DNA of 63,981 bases, the filler included, from an uncultured bacterium (GTDB lineage: Bacteria > Hinthialibacterota > Hinthialibacteria > Hinthialibacterales > Hinthialibacteraceae), in NCBI GenBank assembly GCA_964449065.1. It is 3 parts of 3 records of this genome, joined end to end, with 100 filler letters (N's around TTAATTAATTAA, not from the genome) between each part and the next. Parts side by side here need not be neighbours in the genome. Positions count along the whole stretch, not along the records: positions 1 to 27,970 come from CAYVAZ010000020.1; 2 more parts are not named here. One strand, 5' to 3'. A program made the position numbers and the translations under genes. This document shows positions 1 to 11,150 of the stretch, piece by piece. The notes under the pieces are model-generated. The model ran no database searches. It had not been told where the DNA came from and worked only from the letters and a program-made list of their open reading frames with translations. Within the stretch, counting starts at the first letter, position 1, and the number at the start of each line of letters is the position of its first letter.

Positions 1-202
1 AAGGGGGTGGAGCCGCAGGCTCCGGGGGATTTGCGCCGTTGGGTTACGCTTCGATCTCCACTGCTTCGCGAATCCAATTGGAATTTGCTTAAGCCGCTTA
101 ACCAGCGTGAGAAGTGACATGCACACTTTGGAATTGAAATATTTTGCAAAGAACGAAAGCCATTTTTCAAGCAATCATCAATCAATATTGGCGGGACATC
201 TG

Positions 203-661
203 TTACTCATTGACCGTATGGTCGGATGATGAGATATTTGGCTGCGGCGGGATTTGGGCGTGTTTTTGTTGAAAGTTGATATTCCATTGCTGGGCTTGGC
301 TGTCGTTTTGGCTGGCCATTTGGGTGAGGGTGGCGATGGATTGTATCATGGTGTGGTGATCGCGGTTTTCGGCGGCTTCGCGCGCGACACGAAGTTCATG
401 TTTGACAATGTCTAGGCGGTGCCTGTCTTCCGGGGTTTGTGGGTGTTGGCTCAGCAGTTGCGATTCCAGGTTGGAAATGAGTGTATACATCCCCTTCCAT
501 GTTACCGGAATGCGTTTTCCTGGAGTGACGGACTGAAAGAAGCGTTTGACGGTAAACCATAACACGCCGAAAATCAGCAAGACCACGACAGGCCATGCGA
601 TAATTGATAAAAACTGTAGATAGGATTGGAGCAATTCAATAATCAATTCCGGGATGGACAT
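203..661 (-). CDS. hypothetical membrane protein
   Basis: 152-aa ORF with an N-terminal hydrophobic helix (IIAWPVVVLLIFGVLWF) and a GAGGT RBS upstream. Confidence 0.65.
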   Translation of the reverse strand: MSIPELIIELLQSYLQFLSIIAWPVVVLLIFGVLWFTVKRFFQSVTPGKRIPVTWKGMYTLISNLESQLLSQHPQTPEDRHRLDIVKHELRVAREAAENRDHHTMIQSIATLTQMASQNDSQAQQWNINFQQKHAQIPPQPNISSSDHTVNE

Positions 662-1112
662 CCATTGTTACCTCACCCGTATTTTTAAAGGAACACGATG
701 TATATGGTAAACAGATTTCATTCCGCCGTATATGGCTTTTACCTCCGCGATCGTTTTTTTTCGTATCAAGGAAGCACAACAGGAAATGAAATACGATCAA
801 AACAGGTTTCAAAAAACGAAACAGAAGCAAATCTTTCAAATGAATCCGATCGATCAATATGAGAGCGAAAACAACCCTTTGGGATCTTGCCGTTCCATTC
901 GTAATACCAAGCCGCATTAAAAAAGCGCATAAAAAAAGTGAGTGATCTTTCACGCAACCATACAGGATCATGCAACTGTAGGGTTGGCTCAAAGCGAAGC
1001 GTGGCCCACCATGACCATCTGAAGTGTAAGCGCGGCGTAGGCTTCAGCGTGGACTTAGCGGTTTTCGTTCTTACCGATCCTAAATAAAATTGGCACAAAA
1101 AAGTGTAACCGG

Positions 1113-1868
1113 TTATACCGCGGAACGCTCCCGGACGCGCATATCGCCGCCGGTTTTTTCGAATCCCCAACCGTGCGATCGCAGCGCCGAGATGACCGTT
1201 TTGACCATGCCGTTAAGCGTATGGGTGCCGGTGTTAAGAACCATGTCATACTCGGTGGGATCATCAATATTGTGCTTGAAATAGCGTTCAACAAAATGGG
1301 CGCGTTCGTTATCGCTTTTTTCGATGATCGATTTCGCGTCTTTGGCGGTGTATCCTTCCGTACGCATTAGAGTTTCAATGCGGTGGTCGATAGGTGCTGC
1401 CAACCGGATGCGGTAAACATGAGAGCCATGCAGGATGTAGTTAGCGCCTCGGCCCAAGATTACAACGCCACCATTTAAGGCGCAGCTTTTCACGGCTTCG
1501 GTTAACTCACGAATGTATTTATCGTGATTGAAAATTTTGCCTGACATCAATTCACGCAGGCTGAGTTCGAGTTGCGATTTATCATGCTCATCCAGCATTT
1601 CAACCAGTTCCGCCTTGACTCCCATGTGTTTTGCGATGTATTGGATCAGTTCACGGTCAATCATACCGTAGTGAAGATTCTGTGACAGCAGTTTAGAAAA
1701 TTCACGCCCGCGGCAGCCCCGTTGCCGGGAGATGGTAACAATGGGCTTGATTTCGATGGGGCGGACGGCGGTTTCATGATCCGCCTGAGTCATCATGGCC
1801 CGCATAGCGCGCCGTTCGTTGTTCCAGCGGGTGATTTGCTTGTTGAGAATATGGTGTATTTCGCTCAT
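1113..1868 (-). CDS. cytidylate kinase-like family protein
   Basis: TISRQRGCRG P-loop variant, VVILGRGANYIL, DNERAHFVERYF and YDMVLNT motifs; start taken at MSEIHH after GGAGG. Confidence 0.85.
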   Translation of the reverse strand: MSEIHHILNKQITRWNNERRAMRAMMTQADHETAVRPIEIKPIVTISRQRGCRGREFSKLLSQNLHYGMIDRELIQYIAKHMGVKAELVEMLDEHDKSQLELSLRELMSGKIFNHDKYIRELTEAVKSCALNGGVVILGRGANYILHGSHVYRIRLAAPIDHRIETLMRTEGYTAKDAKSIIEKSDNERAHFVERYFKHNIDDPTEYDMVLNTGTHTLNGMVKTVISALRSHGWGFEKTGGDMRVRERSAV

Positions 1869-2184
1869 GATGTCGACCTCCAACAGTTGTTGAAAACCGG
1901 TTCATGAATGCGGGAGAAGTTGTGAACGTCTCTGGCGATGAACCTTATTTCTATATTGTATCTTAAAAATTGGATTCCGTTTGTTAATAGGCAAAAAAGT
2001 GAGTGATTTCATCTTTTATTTTGTAGGAATCACCCCCCCCCCAGTGGTTACCACACAGCAGGGCAGCCATGGGGGACGGCCCCTACAATCGTAAGGCAAT
2101 TTATATATACCATTCTCATTGCAACTAGGTACGCTCAACATTAATTTTTCTTAACCTGAGATGTGTCTTATCTGCCTGAATAAG

Positions 2185-2213
2185 AAAAAGCCTCCCCGGT
2201 ATGGAGAGGCTTT
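2185..2213. terminator. intrinsic terminator-like hairpin
   Basis: AAAAAGCCTC-cccggtatgga-GAGGCTTT, downstream of the minus-strand gene 2426..3406. Confidence 0.55.
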
Positions 2214-2425
2214 GTTCTTTTGATTGCGAAAGCAATTTATACCAAATCATTATGAGATTGCCGCATGTTGTACACTTGCCATCTTTCTTTCGCTGGGTCT
2301 ATCGCCCTCGCCCACCGGGAGAGGGATAAACCTTGCGTTTTACTTTGAACGTCTTGCCTAGAACAAAAACTTTTTTTAAGCGGCAACCAAGCATCCGTTG
2401 CGTTACATCAGTGTTTTAAATGGCA

Positions 2426-3406
2426 TTACTTCATCAATTCCCACTCGGAAACGTCCGATGCTTGGGCGGCCAAGATCAAGCCGGTGAGGTCGGCGCTGCT
2501 GTTCCAGTTGCCGGCGACGTTGGTGGTGTTGACTTGGTGCTCCCGTTCGGGAGATTGCGCGAACACGTCCGCGTCGTTTTGCTGCGGGCTGATGCCGATG
2601 ACATCGTTCACGTTCAACTCTTTGCGGAGGTTGCCCGGATCTTCAAAAAAGGCTTTGAAGCCGGAATCCAGCAAGGCTTGATCGTTGGTGTCGAATCCAA
2701 AGGCTCCGGCAGAAAACAATTCAGAGAACGTGGCGATTTTGATTTCCCAGGTCCATTCGACCGGCGATTCCAACCATTCGGTCGCGTTGGGGTCGGTGAC
2801 CCGGATTCGCGCGGCGGATTCAACGAATTCATCATCCAAATCAAAGGGAAGTGCGCCGGGGATCAAAGAGCCGTCAATGGCCTCAAATACCGGAACGCTG
2901 ATGAATTCAGAACTCACAGGCAAATCGTTGATTCCACCCGGCTGCGGGTCCCAGGTGGTGGGGATATCGAAGGTGTATTGGGTGTGGAACTCGGAATCTT
3001 CGCCGTGATCGGGGTTGCCGGTGTTGGCGGCGTTGATGATGAATTCCATGCGTTCATTATTCCAACCGCTTCCGCCAAGAGAAGAACCGCGGGAAAGCAA
3101 GTTGAGGAATACATCGTCCACTATGTTGAATCCAAAAAACAAGGTGTCGGATTCATCGTCCCACGCAACCTTCATGGTGATGTCCAAATCCCCAGCGCTT
3201 GTGGGGGCCGGACTGTCTCCGCTGCCATCTACTACGATTTCAGGGATGTTGGCCCATGCTTCATCATTGAGGTCGCCGTCAATAACGGGAACCTCCGACA
3301 ATTCAGGCGCCGTTAATGTGTTGATGTTCACGCTGGTATCCTGCGCCCATACCGTTGGTGCTGCCAATAGCGAACAGGCTATTGCTTTTACAAATAGTTG
3401 TTTCAT
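2426..3406 (-). CDS. exported acidic sugar-binding (CBM9/DOMON-like) protein with C-terminal VxEW motif
   Basis: Signal peptide MKQLFVKAIACSLLAAPTVWA; PVIDGDLNDEAW and KVAWDDE..LFFG typical of CBM9-like folds; ends SDVSEWELMK. Confidence 0.7.
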   Translation of the reverse strand: MKQLFVKAIACSLLAAPTVWAQDTSVNINTLTAPELSEVPVIDGDLNDEAWANIPEIVVDGSGDSPAPTSAGDLDITMKVAWDDESDTLFFGFNIVDDVFLNLLSRGSSLGGSGWNNERMEFIINAANTGNPDHGEDSEFHTQYTFDIPTTWDPQPGGINDLPVSSEFISVPVFEAIDGSLIPGALPFDLDDEFVESAARIRVTDPNATEWLESPVEWTWEIKIATFSELFSAGAFGFDTNDQALLDSGFKAFFEDPGNLRKELNVNDVIGISPQQNDADVFAQSPEREHQVNTTNVAGNWNSSADLTGLILAAQASDVSEWELMK

Positions 3407-3469
3407 GTCATAATTCTCCTAAGATTTTAGAATGGTATTAAAATTATAATCATATCCAATTCAATAAAA

Positions 3470-6250
3470 ATGCCTATGTTTAATCAAAAAATTCACAAAA
3501 TATTTACAATAATTTTTCTATTTTGTTCAATTCCATGCAATTCATTCGCTACAGTTGATGAGTTGGTTGGCTTGCTTCAGCCGGGAAATACGCAATCGGC
3601 GGTCTCAGAACTGAATTCCATTACGGGCGAATTATCCGCGAATGATCGCACAAAGATTCACGCGGCTTTGGAGAAACTTTCTCCCAGCGGAGATTGGATT
3701 CCCTTTTTGGAACAATTGAGTGAAAAAGTTGGCGATGACGGGCGGTTTGCGTTTCATGTGGCGCGGGCGAACTGGCGTGCCGGGCATGATGAGCAGGCGG
3801 TGAAGTGGTGCCGCAAAGCGGTGCGGCAATCGCCGAATGATACCGGGGTGTTGTATCAGTGTGCGGCCTTAGCGCATACGCTGGACCGGATTGACCTTGC
3901 AAGGACATGGCTCAAGCATTTGTTGACAATTGATACTGCCAATTCTGACGCGCTTTTTTTATTGGGGCGGATTGAGGCCAGCCAGGGGAACGATACCGAA
4001 GCGAAGGATGTGCTGCTGCAAGCGGTGCAGCAGGATAATTCTCACTTTTTAGCCTATTACGAATTGGGGAAACTGGAATTGCGGCAAGGTAATGCGGAAG
4101 CGGCGGAGAAGTATCTGAAAGCGGCGGTGTATTATTTTCCCTTCTTTCGCGAAGCGTATAACAACTTGACGACCGCGTTGGCGCGGCAGCGAAAACAGGA
4201 AGAAGCCAAGAAAGCCCAAGCAATCGCATCGTATTTAAAATCGTGGGTCGATGTGAAAGAGAACCGGCTGCGTTTCGCGTTCCGCAATCCGGGCGAGATT
4301 TCGCCGGAATTGGGATACGAATTGGCCGCGGAATTGTATAAGGTGCAGCGGGAAGATTTATCGCGTGCGTTTCTTGAGAGATCATTGTCGAACGGGACGG
4401 CAAATGGTCCGCAAAAATTATTGTTGGCACAGTTGCGCTTTAAAAACAAAAACTACAAAGATTGTTTGAGCGTTTTGGCGCAAATTGAAGATAACCGCGT
4501 CAAAGCATCGGAAACCTTCATTGAAGTGCTTACCTGGTCGTTGTATTACACCGGAAACAAAGAGGAAAGCCGGAACATCTTGGAAAAAACCATAGCACGC
4601 TTTCCGGATTCTGAGCATTTGAAGCGTTTACAGGAAACCTTAGCTAACAGTGAACCGGAAGATGAAGAAGGGATTGAATTGAGCCATTTTGTATTTAAGG
4701 ATGTGACGGAAGAAGTGGGATTGCATACGTTCAAACACATCATTGGCCATGCGGATAAGCGTTGGATTATTGACGCGATGGGCTCGGGTGTCGCGGTGGG
4801 GGATTATGACAACGACGGCGATGATGATTTGTATTTTGTCAACGCGCAGCCGGATGTTCTGAATCCCAGCGAAAAATATAGAAATGCCTTGTACCGCAAT
4901 GATGACGGCACGTTTACCGATGTAACCATGCAAGCCGGCGTTGGGCATACCGGATTCGGCAGCGGCGCTTTGTTTGGCGATGTGAACGGCGATGGCTGGT
5001 TGGATTTGTATATTACCAACTACGGCGCCAATGTTTTGTATCTAAATAATGGGGATGGAACATTTACCGATTTTACCCAAGAATCGGCCGCGGCGGGAGA
5101 TGAGTATTCGGCAACGGCGGCCTTTGGCGATGTCGATGGCGACGGTGATTTGGATTTGTATGTGGGCAACTATGTTGCGTTTGATCCGGTAAAACATAAG
5201 GATATCCGCGATTTGTTTCATGGGATTGAGGTGTTTACCGGCCCGCTTTCATTCGATGGTGTACCTGACAAACTCTACTTGAATGATGGTAAAGGGAAAT
5301 TCACAGATTTTACGGAGAAATCGAAGATCAACGTTTCGATCGGCAGAGCGATGGGGGCCATCTTTACCGATCTCGATTTGGATGGAGATTTGGATTTATA
5401 TGTGGCCAACGACGGCACCTTTAATCATGTCTTGCAGAATGATGGCAACGGTGTGTTTGAGGATATCAGTTTCTTTTCGGGCGGCGCGTTTAATGAGAGC
5501 GGGGTAGAGGGTGCCAGCATGGGCGTGGCGCAGGGTGATTATAACAACGACGGCTTGCTGGATGTTTATATTACCGCGTATGAGATGCAGCCGGATGTGC
5601 TTTATAAGAATATCGGGGAAGCGGGATTGGTTGATGTATCCGTGCCGGTTGGACTGAGTGGTACCTCAAGAATGCTGGTGACGTGGGGCAATGGGTTCTG
5701 CGATTTTGACAGCGATGGGCTGGTGGATCTATACAGCGTAAATGGGCATATCTATCCGCAGGTGGAAGAGTTGGAATCGGAACGGGAGTATGAACAGGGC
5801 ATTTCGTTCTATAAAAATACCGGCGGGCGGTTTGAAGATGTGACCGATCAATCCCTGCCGGATGATTTTGTTCCACATGGCGGGAGAGGTTCAGCTTTGC
5901 TGGATTATGACAGCGATGGGGATATGGATTTGGTGATTAACAACATTGATTCGCGACCGCAATTGCTGCGCAATGATACGCCCCCGGGAAATTGGCTGAA
6001 GGTGAAGTTGGATGCGGCATCGGCGCAGTCGTTTGGCGTGCGGGTGGTGGCAGAGAAGGGAAGCGCCAAATGGGCCGCGGTGGTGGATGGCGGTTCGAGT
6101 TATCAATCGCAAAATTCATCGACACTGCATTTCGGGTTTGGAAACGTAGATTCGATTGACAAACTGACCGTGTATTGGATGCATCGAGAGCCGACGGTGG
6201 TTGAAGAGCCGGCGTTAAATCAGACTCTATCGATTGCTGATAGTGAATGA
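3470..6250 (+). CDS. TPR + FG-GAP/ASPIC-UnbV (CRTAC1 family) protein
   Basis: N-terminal TPRs, multiple DYDNDGDxDLY repeats, C-terminal GGSSYQSQNSSTLHFGFG. Confidence 0.92.
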   Translation: MPMFNQKIHKIFTIIFLFCSIPCNSFATVDELVGLLQPGNTQSAVSELNSITGELSANDRTKIHAALEKLSPSGDWIPFLEQLSEKVGDDGRFAFHVARANWRAGHDEQAVKWCRKAVRQSPNDTGVLYQCAALAHTLDRIDLARTWLKHLLTIDTANSDALFLLGRIEASQGNDTEAKDVLLQAVQQDNSHFLAYYELGKLELRQGNAEAAEKYLKAAVYYFPFFREAYNNLTTALARQRKQEEAKKAQAIASYLKSWVDVKENRLRFAFRNPGEISPELGYELAAELYKVQREDLSRAFLERSLSNGTANGPQKLLLAQLRFKNKNYKDCLSVLAQIEDNRVKASETFIEVLTWSLYYTGNKEESRNILEKTIARFPDSEHLKRLQETLANSEPEDEEGIELSHFVFKDVTEEVGLHTFKHIIGHADKRWIIDAMGSGVAVGDYDNDGDDDLYFVNAQPDVLNPSEKYRNALYRNDDGTFTDVTMQAGVGHTGFGSGALFGDVNGDGWLDLYITNYGANVLYLNNGDGTFTDFTQESAAAGDEYSATAAFGDVDGDGDLDLYVGNYVAFDPVKHKDIRDLFHGIEVFTGPLSFDGVPDKLYLNDGKGKFTDFTEKSKINVSIGRAMGAIFTDLDLDGDLDLYVANDGTFNHVLQNDGNGVFEDISFFSGGAFNESGVEGASMGVAQGDYNNDGLLDVYITAYEMQPDVLYKNIGEAGLVDVSVPVGLSGTSRMLVTWGNGFCDFDSDGLVDLYSVNGHIYPQVEELESEREYEQGISFYKNTGGRFEDVTDQSLPDDFVPHGGRGSALLDYDSDGDMDLVINNIDSRPQLLRNDTPPGNWLKVKLDAASAQSFGVRVVAEKGSAKWAAVVDGGSSYQSQNSSTLHFGFGNVDSIDKLTVYWMHREPTVVEEPALNQTLSIADSE

Positions 6251-6266
6251 ATAGACAATCTGCAAT

Positions 6267-6488
6267 TTATATAGAAACGTTTGCATTCGTTGGTATGGAG
6301 GGTACTTTGTTTTCACTTTTGCAAAAATCCAGATAGTCTTCAACCGAATCGATAAATGCTTGTTCTAGTTCTTTTTGGGTTTTTCCTTCGAACGTGATGA
6401 CATCGGTGATTCCTGGAACGCGTCCGTGATAGATTTGATCTTCATCATCATATTCAATTTCCGCTATGTAACCTTTGTATTCCATCAT
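6267..6488 (-). CDS. hicB: HicB-family antitoxin, short form without adjacent hicA
   Basis: MEYKGYIAEIEYD..IYHGRVPGITDVITFEG...F.DSVEDYLDFC; lacks the C-terminal DNA-binding domain. Confidence 0.8.
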   Translation of the reverse strand: MMEYKGYIAEIEYDDEDQIYHGRVPGITDVITFEGKTQKELEQAFIDSVEDYLDFCKSENKVPSIPTNANVSI

Positions 6489-6616
6489 TTATCCCCTTCA
6501 CAATAAATTGTTTTTGTCACCATTATCATTTACTATAAGTAAATTTTATTTTTTTTTCAAACATATACTATTGCTAGTGTTTGATGTTGAATATCAAAAA
6601 TGGGGAGAATCTTGTC

Positions 6617-7921
6617 ATGTCATTTTCACGAAAACTATCCCGCCGGCGTTTTTCGAAACTGCTGGGACTACCTTTGATCGTCTCACCCCAGGTTTTGGGG
6701 TGGAATAACGCCGCCGCCGCGAATGACCGGATTACGCTGGGCGTGATCGGTTTGGGAACGATGGGCAAAGGGCATCTGTATGATGAGGCTTGGACGTATA
6801 TGGAAGGCGGTTACATCAGCCGCGACGATGTTCAGGTGCTTGCCGTTTGCGATGTATGGAAGAACCAGCGGGAAGAAAATCAGGACCGGGTTAACCAGCA
6901 TTACGCGGACACCAACCGAAAAGGGAACTATAAAGCGTGTGAGTCATACCGTGATTTTCGCGATTTGATTGCGCGGGAAGATATCGACGCGGTGTTGATT
7001 ACCACCCCGATTCATTGGCATGCAACCATGGCAACACTCGCTGCACGTGCCGGGAAAGATATCTATTGCGAAAAACCGACCGCGGTGACGATTAACGAAA
7101 GTCAAATTACCCGAAAAGCCGTACAAGAGAACAATGTTGTTTATCAAGCGGGGACGCAGCAGCGGTCTGAGTATGATGGCAAATTTCGCAGCGCGGCTGA
7201 ATATATCCGCAGCGGGAGAATCGGTGAGGTGAAGGAAGTATATGCGTATCGTCCTGGCGGGGGAGCAAACTGGGAGAAGCCCGTGGATGAAGTGAAGCCG
7301 GTTCCGGAACAGTTGGATTGGGATTTGTGGCTGGGACCCGCTCCGAAACGACCGTATGACGGGCGGTGGGACGCGCACTTCTTTGGTTTCGGCGGCATCA
7401 ATTGGGGACAGCACCATTATGATATCGTGCAGTGGTCGCTGGGCATGGATCATACCGGACCGGTTGAAATATCTGTTGATGAAGATGGCTATGCCGTTTA
7501 CCGCTATGCGAATGGTGTAAAGGTTTACGCGCGCCCGTATCCTGAAATGGATATGGAGCAAAAAATCAGTGAGACGGGCGGGGCATGGTTTATCGGGACG
7601 GAAGGGAAGATCGCGGTTGACCGGGAGCATTTAATCTCCGAGCCGGAAAGCATATTGAAGGAGCCGTTGAATGAAGAGGATGTGCATCTTTTCGAAAGCC
7701 CAGGGCATTCTGTGAACTTTTTGAATTGCATCCGCTCGCGTGAGAAGACGGTTTGCCATGCAGAGATCGCGCATCATTCGGTGAGTGTGCTGCTGTTAGG
7801 AGGAATCGCGCAGCAACTCAAGCGTACGCTGCTATGGAATCCCTCTTCGGAGACATTTGTGGAGGATGATGAGGCAAATACGATGCTGTCATTGGCGAAG
7901 AGGGAACCGTGGGTGATTTGA
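6617..7921 (+). CDS. Gfo/Idh/MocA oxidoreductase, Tat-exported
   Basis: SRRRF twin-Arg signal, GVIGLGTMG, IYCEKP, LDWDLWLGPAP. Confidence 0.9.
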   Translation: MSFSRKLSRRRFSKLLGLPLIVSPQVLGWNNAAAANDRITLGVIGLGTMGKGHLYDEAWTYMEGGYISRDDVQVLAVCDVWKNQREENQDRVNQHYADTNRKGNYKACESYRDFRDLIAREDIDAVLITTPIHWHATMATLAARAGKDIYCEKPTAVTINESQITRKAVQENNVVYQAGTQQRSEYDGKFRSAAEYIRSGRIGEVKEVYAYRPGGGANWEKPVDEVKPVPEQLDWDLWLGPAPKRPYDGRWDAHFFGFGGINWGQHHYDIVQWSLGMDHTGPVEISVDEDGYAVYRYANGVKVYARPYPEMDMEQKISETGGAWFIGTEGKIAVDREHLISEPESILKEPLNEEDVHLFESPGHSVNFLNCIRSREKTVCHAEIAHHSVSVLLLGGIAQQLKRTLLWNPSSETFVEDDEANTMLSLAKREPWVI

Positions 7922-8051
7922 AGTTGTTGCCTCTGTCCAGTGGGTTGCCGGTGGAAGATTTGATGTGACGTAAAGTCATGATCACAAATCATAAATGGAT
8001 ATAAATTTGTTTTTGCTATCATTAAAAAATTCAATTTTAAGGATCGTGAAC

Positions 8052-8747
8052 ATGATGAGAATTGCAATTCCGTTGACCGTATTGTTCATTTCTATCTGTT
8101 TCTATTCATGGATATTACCCCAAAGTTCCGCAAACAACGAATACATGGGAAGAACCATTGCCCGGACGATGCATTTTACCGGGGCGGAATGGTTGATCCG
8201 GGCTTCGCGAGCGCGGGAAGAAGCATCCGGTGAGGTGATGAAGCAGTTGAACCTGAAGCCGGGTATGGTGGTTGGTGATGTCGGCAGCGGGAACGGGTAT
8301 TACACCCTAAAAATTGCGAAGGTGGTTGGTGAAGAAGGCAAAGTGTATGCGGTGGATATCCAACAGGAGATGTTGGATATGCTGCAAGAGCGGGCGCGGG
8401 AAGAAGAACGAAACAATATCGTGCTTACGCGAGGGGAACTGCAAAAGACGAACTTGCCGAAAAACACTTTGGATTTGGTGCTGCTGGTGGATGTGTATCA
8501 TGAGTTTTCGCATCCGGCGGAGATGCTGGCGGATATCAAGGCGAGTTTGAAGCAAGATGGTAGAATCGCTTTGTTGGAATACCGTGCGGAAGACCCGGAT
8601 GTGCCGATTAAGCCGCTGCATAAGATGAGTAAAAAGCAAATCCTTAAAGAATATACTGCAAATGGATTTGAGTTGGTGGATGAGTATGACGGCTTGCCCT
8701 GGCAGCACATGATGTTTTTTGGGAAAGCGGATTCTCCCCAAGAATAG
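8052..8747 (+). CDS. class I SAM-dependent methyltransferase with signal peptide
   Basis: VVGDVGSGNGYY, YAVDIQQEML, LLVDVYHEF. Confidence 0.88.
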   Translation: MMRIAIPLTVLFISICFYSWILPQSSANNEYMGRTIARTMHFTGAEWLIRASRAREEASGEVMKQLNLKPGMVVGDVGSGNGYYTLKIAKVVGEEGKVYAVDIQQEMLDMLQERAREEERNNIVLTRGELQKTNLPKNTLDLVLLVDVYHEFSHPAEMLADIKASLKQDGRIALLEYRAEDPDVPIKPLHKMSKKQILKEYTANGFELVDEYDGLPWQHMMFFGKADSPQE

Positions 8748-8911
8748 TTCAGTCGAATCATTCAAAGCACCGGCGTTCTGTTTAAAAATCATCAGTTTGA
8801 TTTCTTTCAAACAGCAATTTTGTCATTTCCCCCCTATCTATCGAAACACTGTATTTCCCGTATCCCCCCAAAAAAACTAGCCATTTCCTATATTTTTTGT
8901 AGTTTTTGAGT

Positions 8912-8928
8912 TTGGCATAGTTCATGCT
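8912..8928 (+). promoter_or_regulatory. sigma54 -24/-12 promoter of the first amt-glnK operon
   Basis: TTGGCAT-agttc-ATGCT matches TGGCAC-N5-TTGC. Confidence 0.75.
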
Positions 8929-9044
8929 CTTTGTTGAATACAGAACACAGTGCACTGACATATCTTTGTTGTTCTATTACTACAATTTGTATACGTAAAA
9001 GTTGTTCAAATCAGTTCATCCGGTTGAGACGGTATGAAAGGAGC

Positions 9045-10451
9045 ATGACTGTGAATAGTTTAATTATTCCCAGAAAGAATGGATTGTTGGTTGCTTTAAT
9101 GATGGCTGTATTGATGATGTGTGTTGCAATGCCCGGTATTGCTCAAGAGGAAGCGGAAGTCACGGTTGTTTCCGTAAACGAGAGTGTCGGTTCTCTGCGA
9201 GGAGATGCCGACATATTGTGGACGTGTATAGCGGCGTTCTTGGTGTTTTTCATGCAGGCCGGTTTTGCAATGGTGGAGGCCGGAATGACCCGCGCGAAAA
9301 ACGCCATGAACATTTTGATGAAAAACCTGATGGACTTCAGCGCCGGAAGTGTGGCGTTCTTTTTGATCGGGTTCGGGTTGATGTTCGGGACAACCGCGGG
9401 CGGCTGGATCGGCACGGACGGGTTTGCGTTGAGCGGTTATATGTTTGAAGATGACGGTTCGCCGGCTTATTGGACCTTTACCTTCTGGTTGTTCCAAACC
9501 GTGTTTGCCGCAACGGCCGCGACAATTGTATCCGGAGCGATGGCGGAGCGGACGAAGTTTATTTCCTACCTGATCTATAGCGTGGCGATTACAGCGGTAA
9601 TCTACCCGGTATTCGGATCATGGGCTTGGGGCAGTTTGTTTGCCGGTTCCGGCTGGTTGGAAGGCATGGGCTTTATTGACTTCGCGGGATCGACCGTCGT
9701 GCACTCTGTGGGTGCCTGGGCCGGATTGGCCGGTGCGATTGTACTTGGCCCACGCAAAGGGAAATATACTTCAGACGGAAAACCCAAACCGATTCCCGGC
9801 CACAATATGCCTTTGGCGGCTTTAGGCGTATTGATTCTTTGGTTGGGCTGGTACGGGTTTAACCCGGGAAGTACAACCGCGGTTGGCGGCGATATGGCGG
9901 TTATTGCAGTGACCACTACCTTGGCTGCTGCCGGTGGCGCCATTGCGGCAATGATTACTTCCTGGCTTGTCTTTAAGTTCCCGGATTGTGGGATGTCGCT
10001 GAACGGCGCGCTTGCCGGTTTGGTATCGATCACCGCTCCTTGCTTTAATGTCAGCCCGATTATGGCATTGGTGATTGGACTGATTGGTGGTGTGATTGTA
10101 GTGTTCTCGGTTCTCATGTTTGAAAACATGGGGATTGATGACCCCATCGGCGCGATATCCGTTCACGGTGTATGCGGTGCTTGGGGTACATTGGCCGCCG
10201 GATTGTTTGCCCAAGAAGCCTTTGGCGGAACCAATGGTCTCTTCTTTGGCGGTGACCCATCCATCGTGGGTGTCCAGCTCATCGGGATTGCGGCTGCGTT
10301 TATTTGGACCTTCGGAGCTTCATTTATCCTGTTTAGCCTAATCAATGCAACCGTCGGATTGCGTGTCAGTGAAGAAGAAGAAATGGAAGGTTTGGATATT
10401 GGCGAACATGGCGGCAATGCGTACCCCGAGTTCTCCAAACTGATGTCTTAA
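9045..10451 (+). CDS. amt: ammonium transporter (Amt1-like clade)
   Basis: FFMQAGFAMVEAG, DFAGSTVVH, SVHGVCG twin-His; start at ATG after AAGGAG. Confidence 0.95.
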   Translation: MTVNSLIIPRKNGLLVALMMAVLMMCVAMPGIAQEEAEVTVVSVNESVGSLRGDADILWTCIAAFLVFFMQAGFAMVEAGMTRAKNAMNILMKNLMDFSAGSVAFFLIGFGLMFGTTAGGWIGTDGFALSGYMFEDDGSPAYWTFTFWLFQTVFAATAATIVSGAMAERTKFISYLIYSVAITAVIYPVFGSWAWGSLFAGSGWLEGMGFIDFAGSTVVHSVGAWAGLAGAIVLGPRKGKYTSDGKPKPIPGHNMPLAALGVLILWLGWYGFNPGSTTAVGGDMAVIAVTTTLAAAGGAIAAMITSWLVFKFPDCGMSLNGALAGLVSITAPCFNVSPIMALVIGLIGGVIVVFSVLMFENMGIDDPIGAISVHGVCGAWGTLAAGLFAQEAFGGTNGLFFGGDPSIVGVQLIGIAAAFIWTFGASFILFSLINATVGLRVSEEEEMEGLDIGEHGGNAYPEFSKLMS

Positions 10452-10483
10452 TTCCTGTGAGAGAGAAGATTTCGATAGACTGA

Positions 10484-10837
<354 letters not shown>

Positions 10838-10881
10838 CGCGGTTGCAGTATGAAGTATTCTTGATGTATTCTGAGACAGCG

Positions 10882-10912
10882 AACAGCCCCTTCGGAATGA
10901 AGGGGCTGTTTT
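10882..10912 (+). terminator. intrinsic terminator after glnK
   Basis: AACAGCCCCTTC-ggaat-GAAGGGGCTGTTTT. Confidence 0.85.
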
Positions 10913-11012
10913 CATTTGCTATGTAGGATTATCAGGCAAGAAAGGCGCTAAGTCTTTCTTTCGCTGTGGGGTATCGCCGTACTAAATTGACAGTCCGAAT
11001 TGAAAATGCTCT
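10910..11012 (-). mobile_element. ~103-bp mini-element family A, copy
   Basis: Aligns with 41977-42079 (TAGGATT..CAGG.AAGAAAGG.GC.AAGTC.TTCTTTCGCTG.GG.GTATCGC). Confidence 0.75.
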
Positions 11013-11150
11013 CATTCCCTCTCATTCCCCTATTGACAGATGTACCTGGCCATGGCATACATGATTTATCCTATGAATGATCACAAAGACACAGGAATCA
11101 CTGTAAAAGCTGGGTTGATTAGAAAATAAGTTACACTGAAAAGGATCGTT

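Noticed and set aside
2420..3316. 298-aa plus-strand ORF (similarly 6944..7630 and 51001..51837 on the minus strand)
   Set aside because: Antisense shadows of well-supported genes, with no recognisable motifs.
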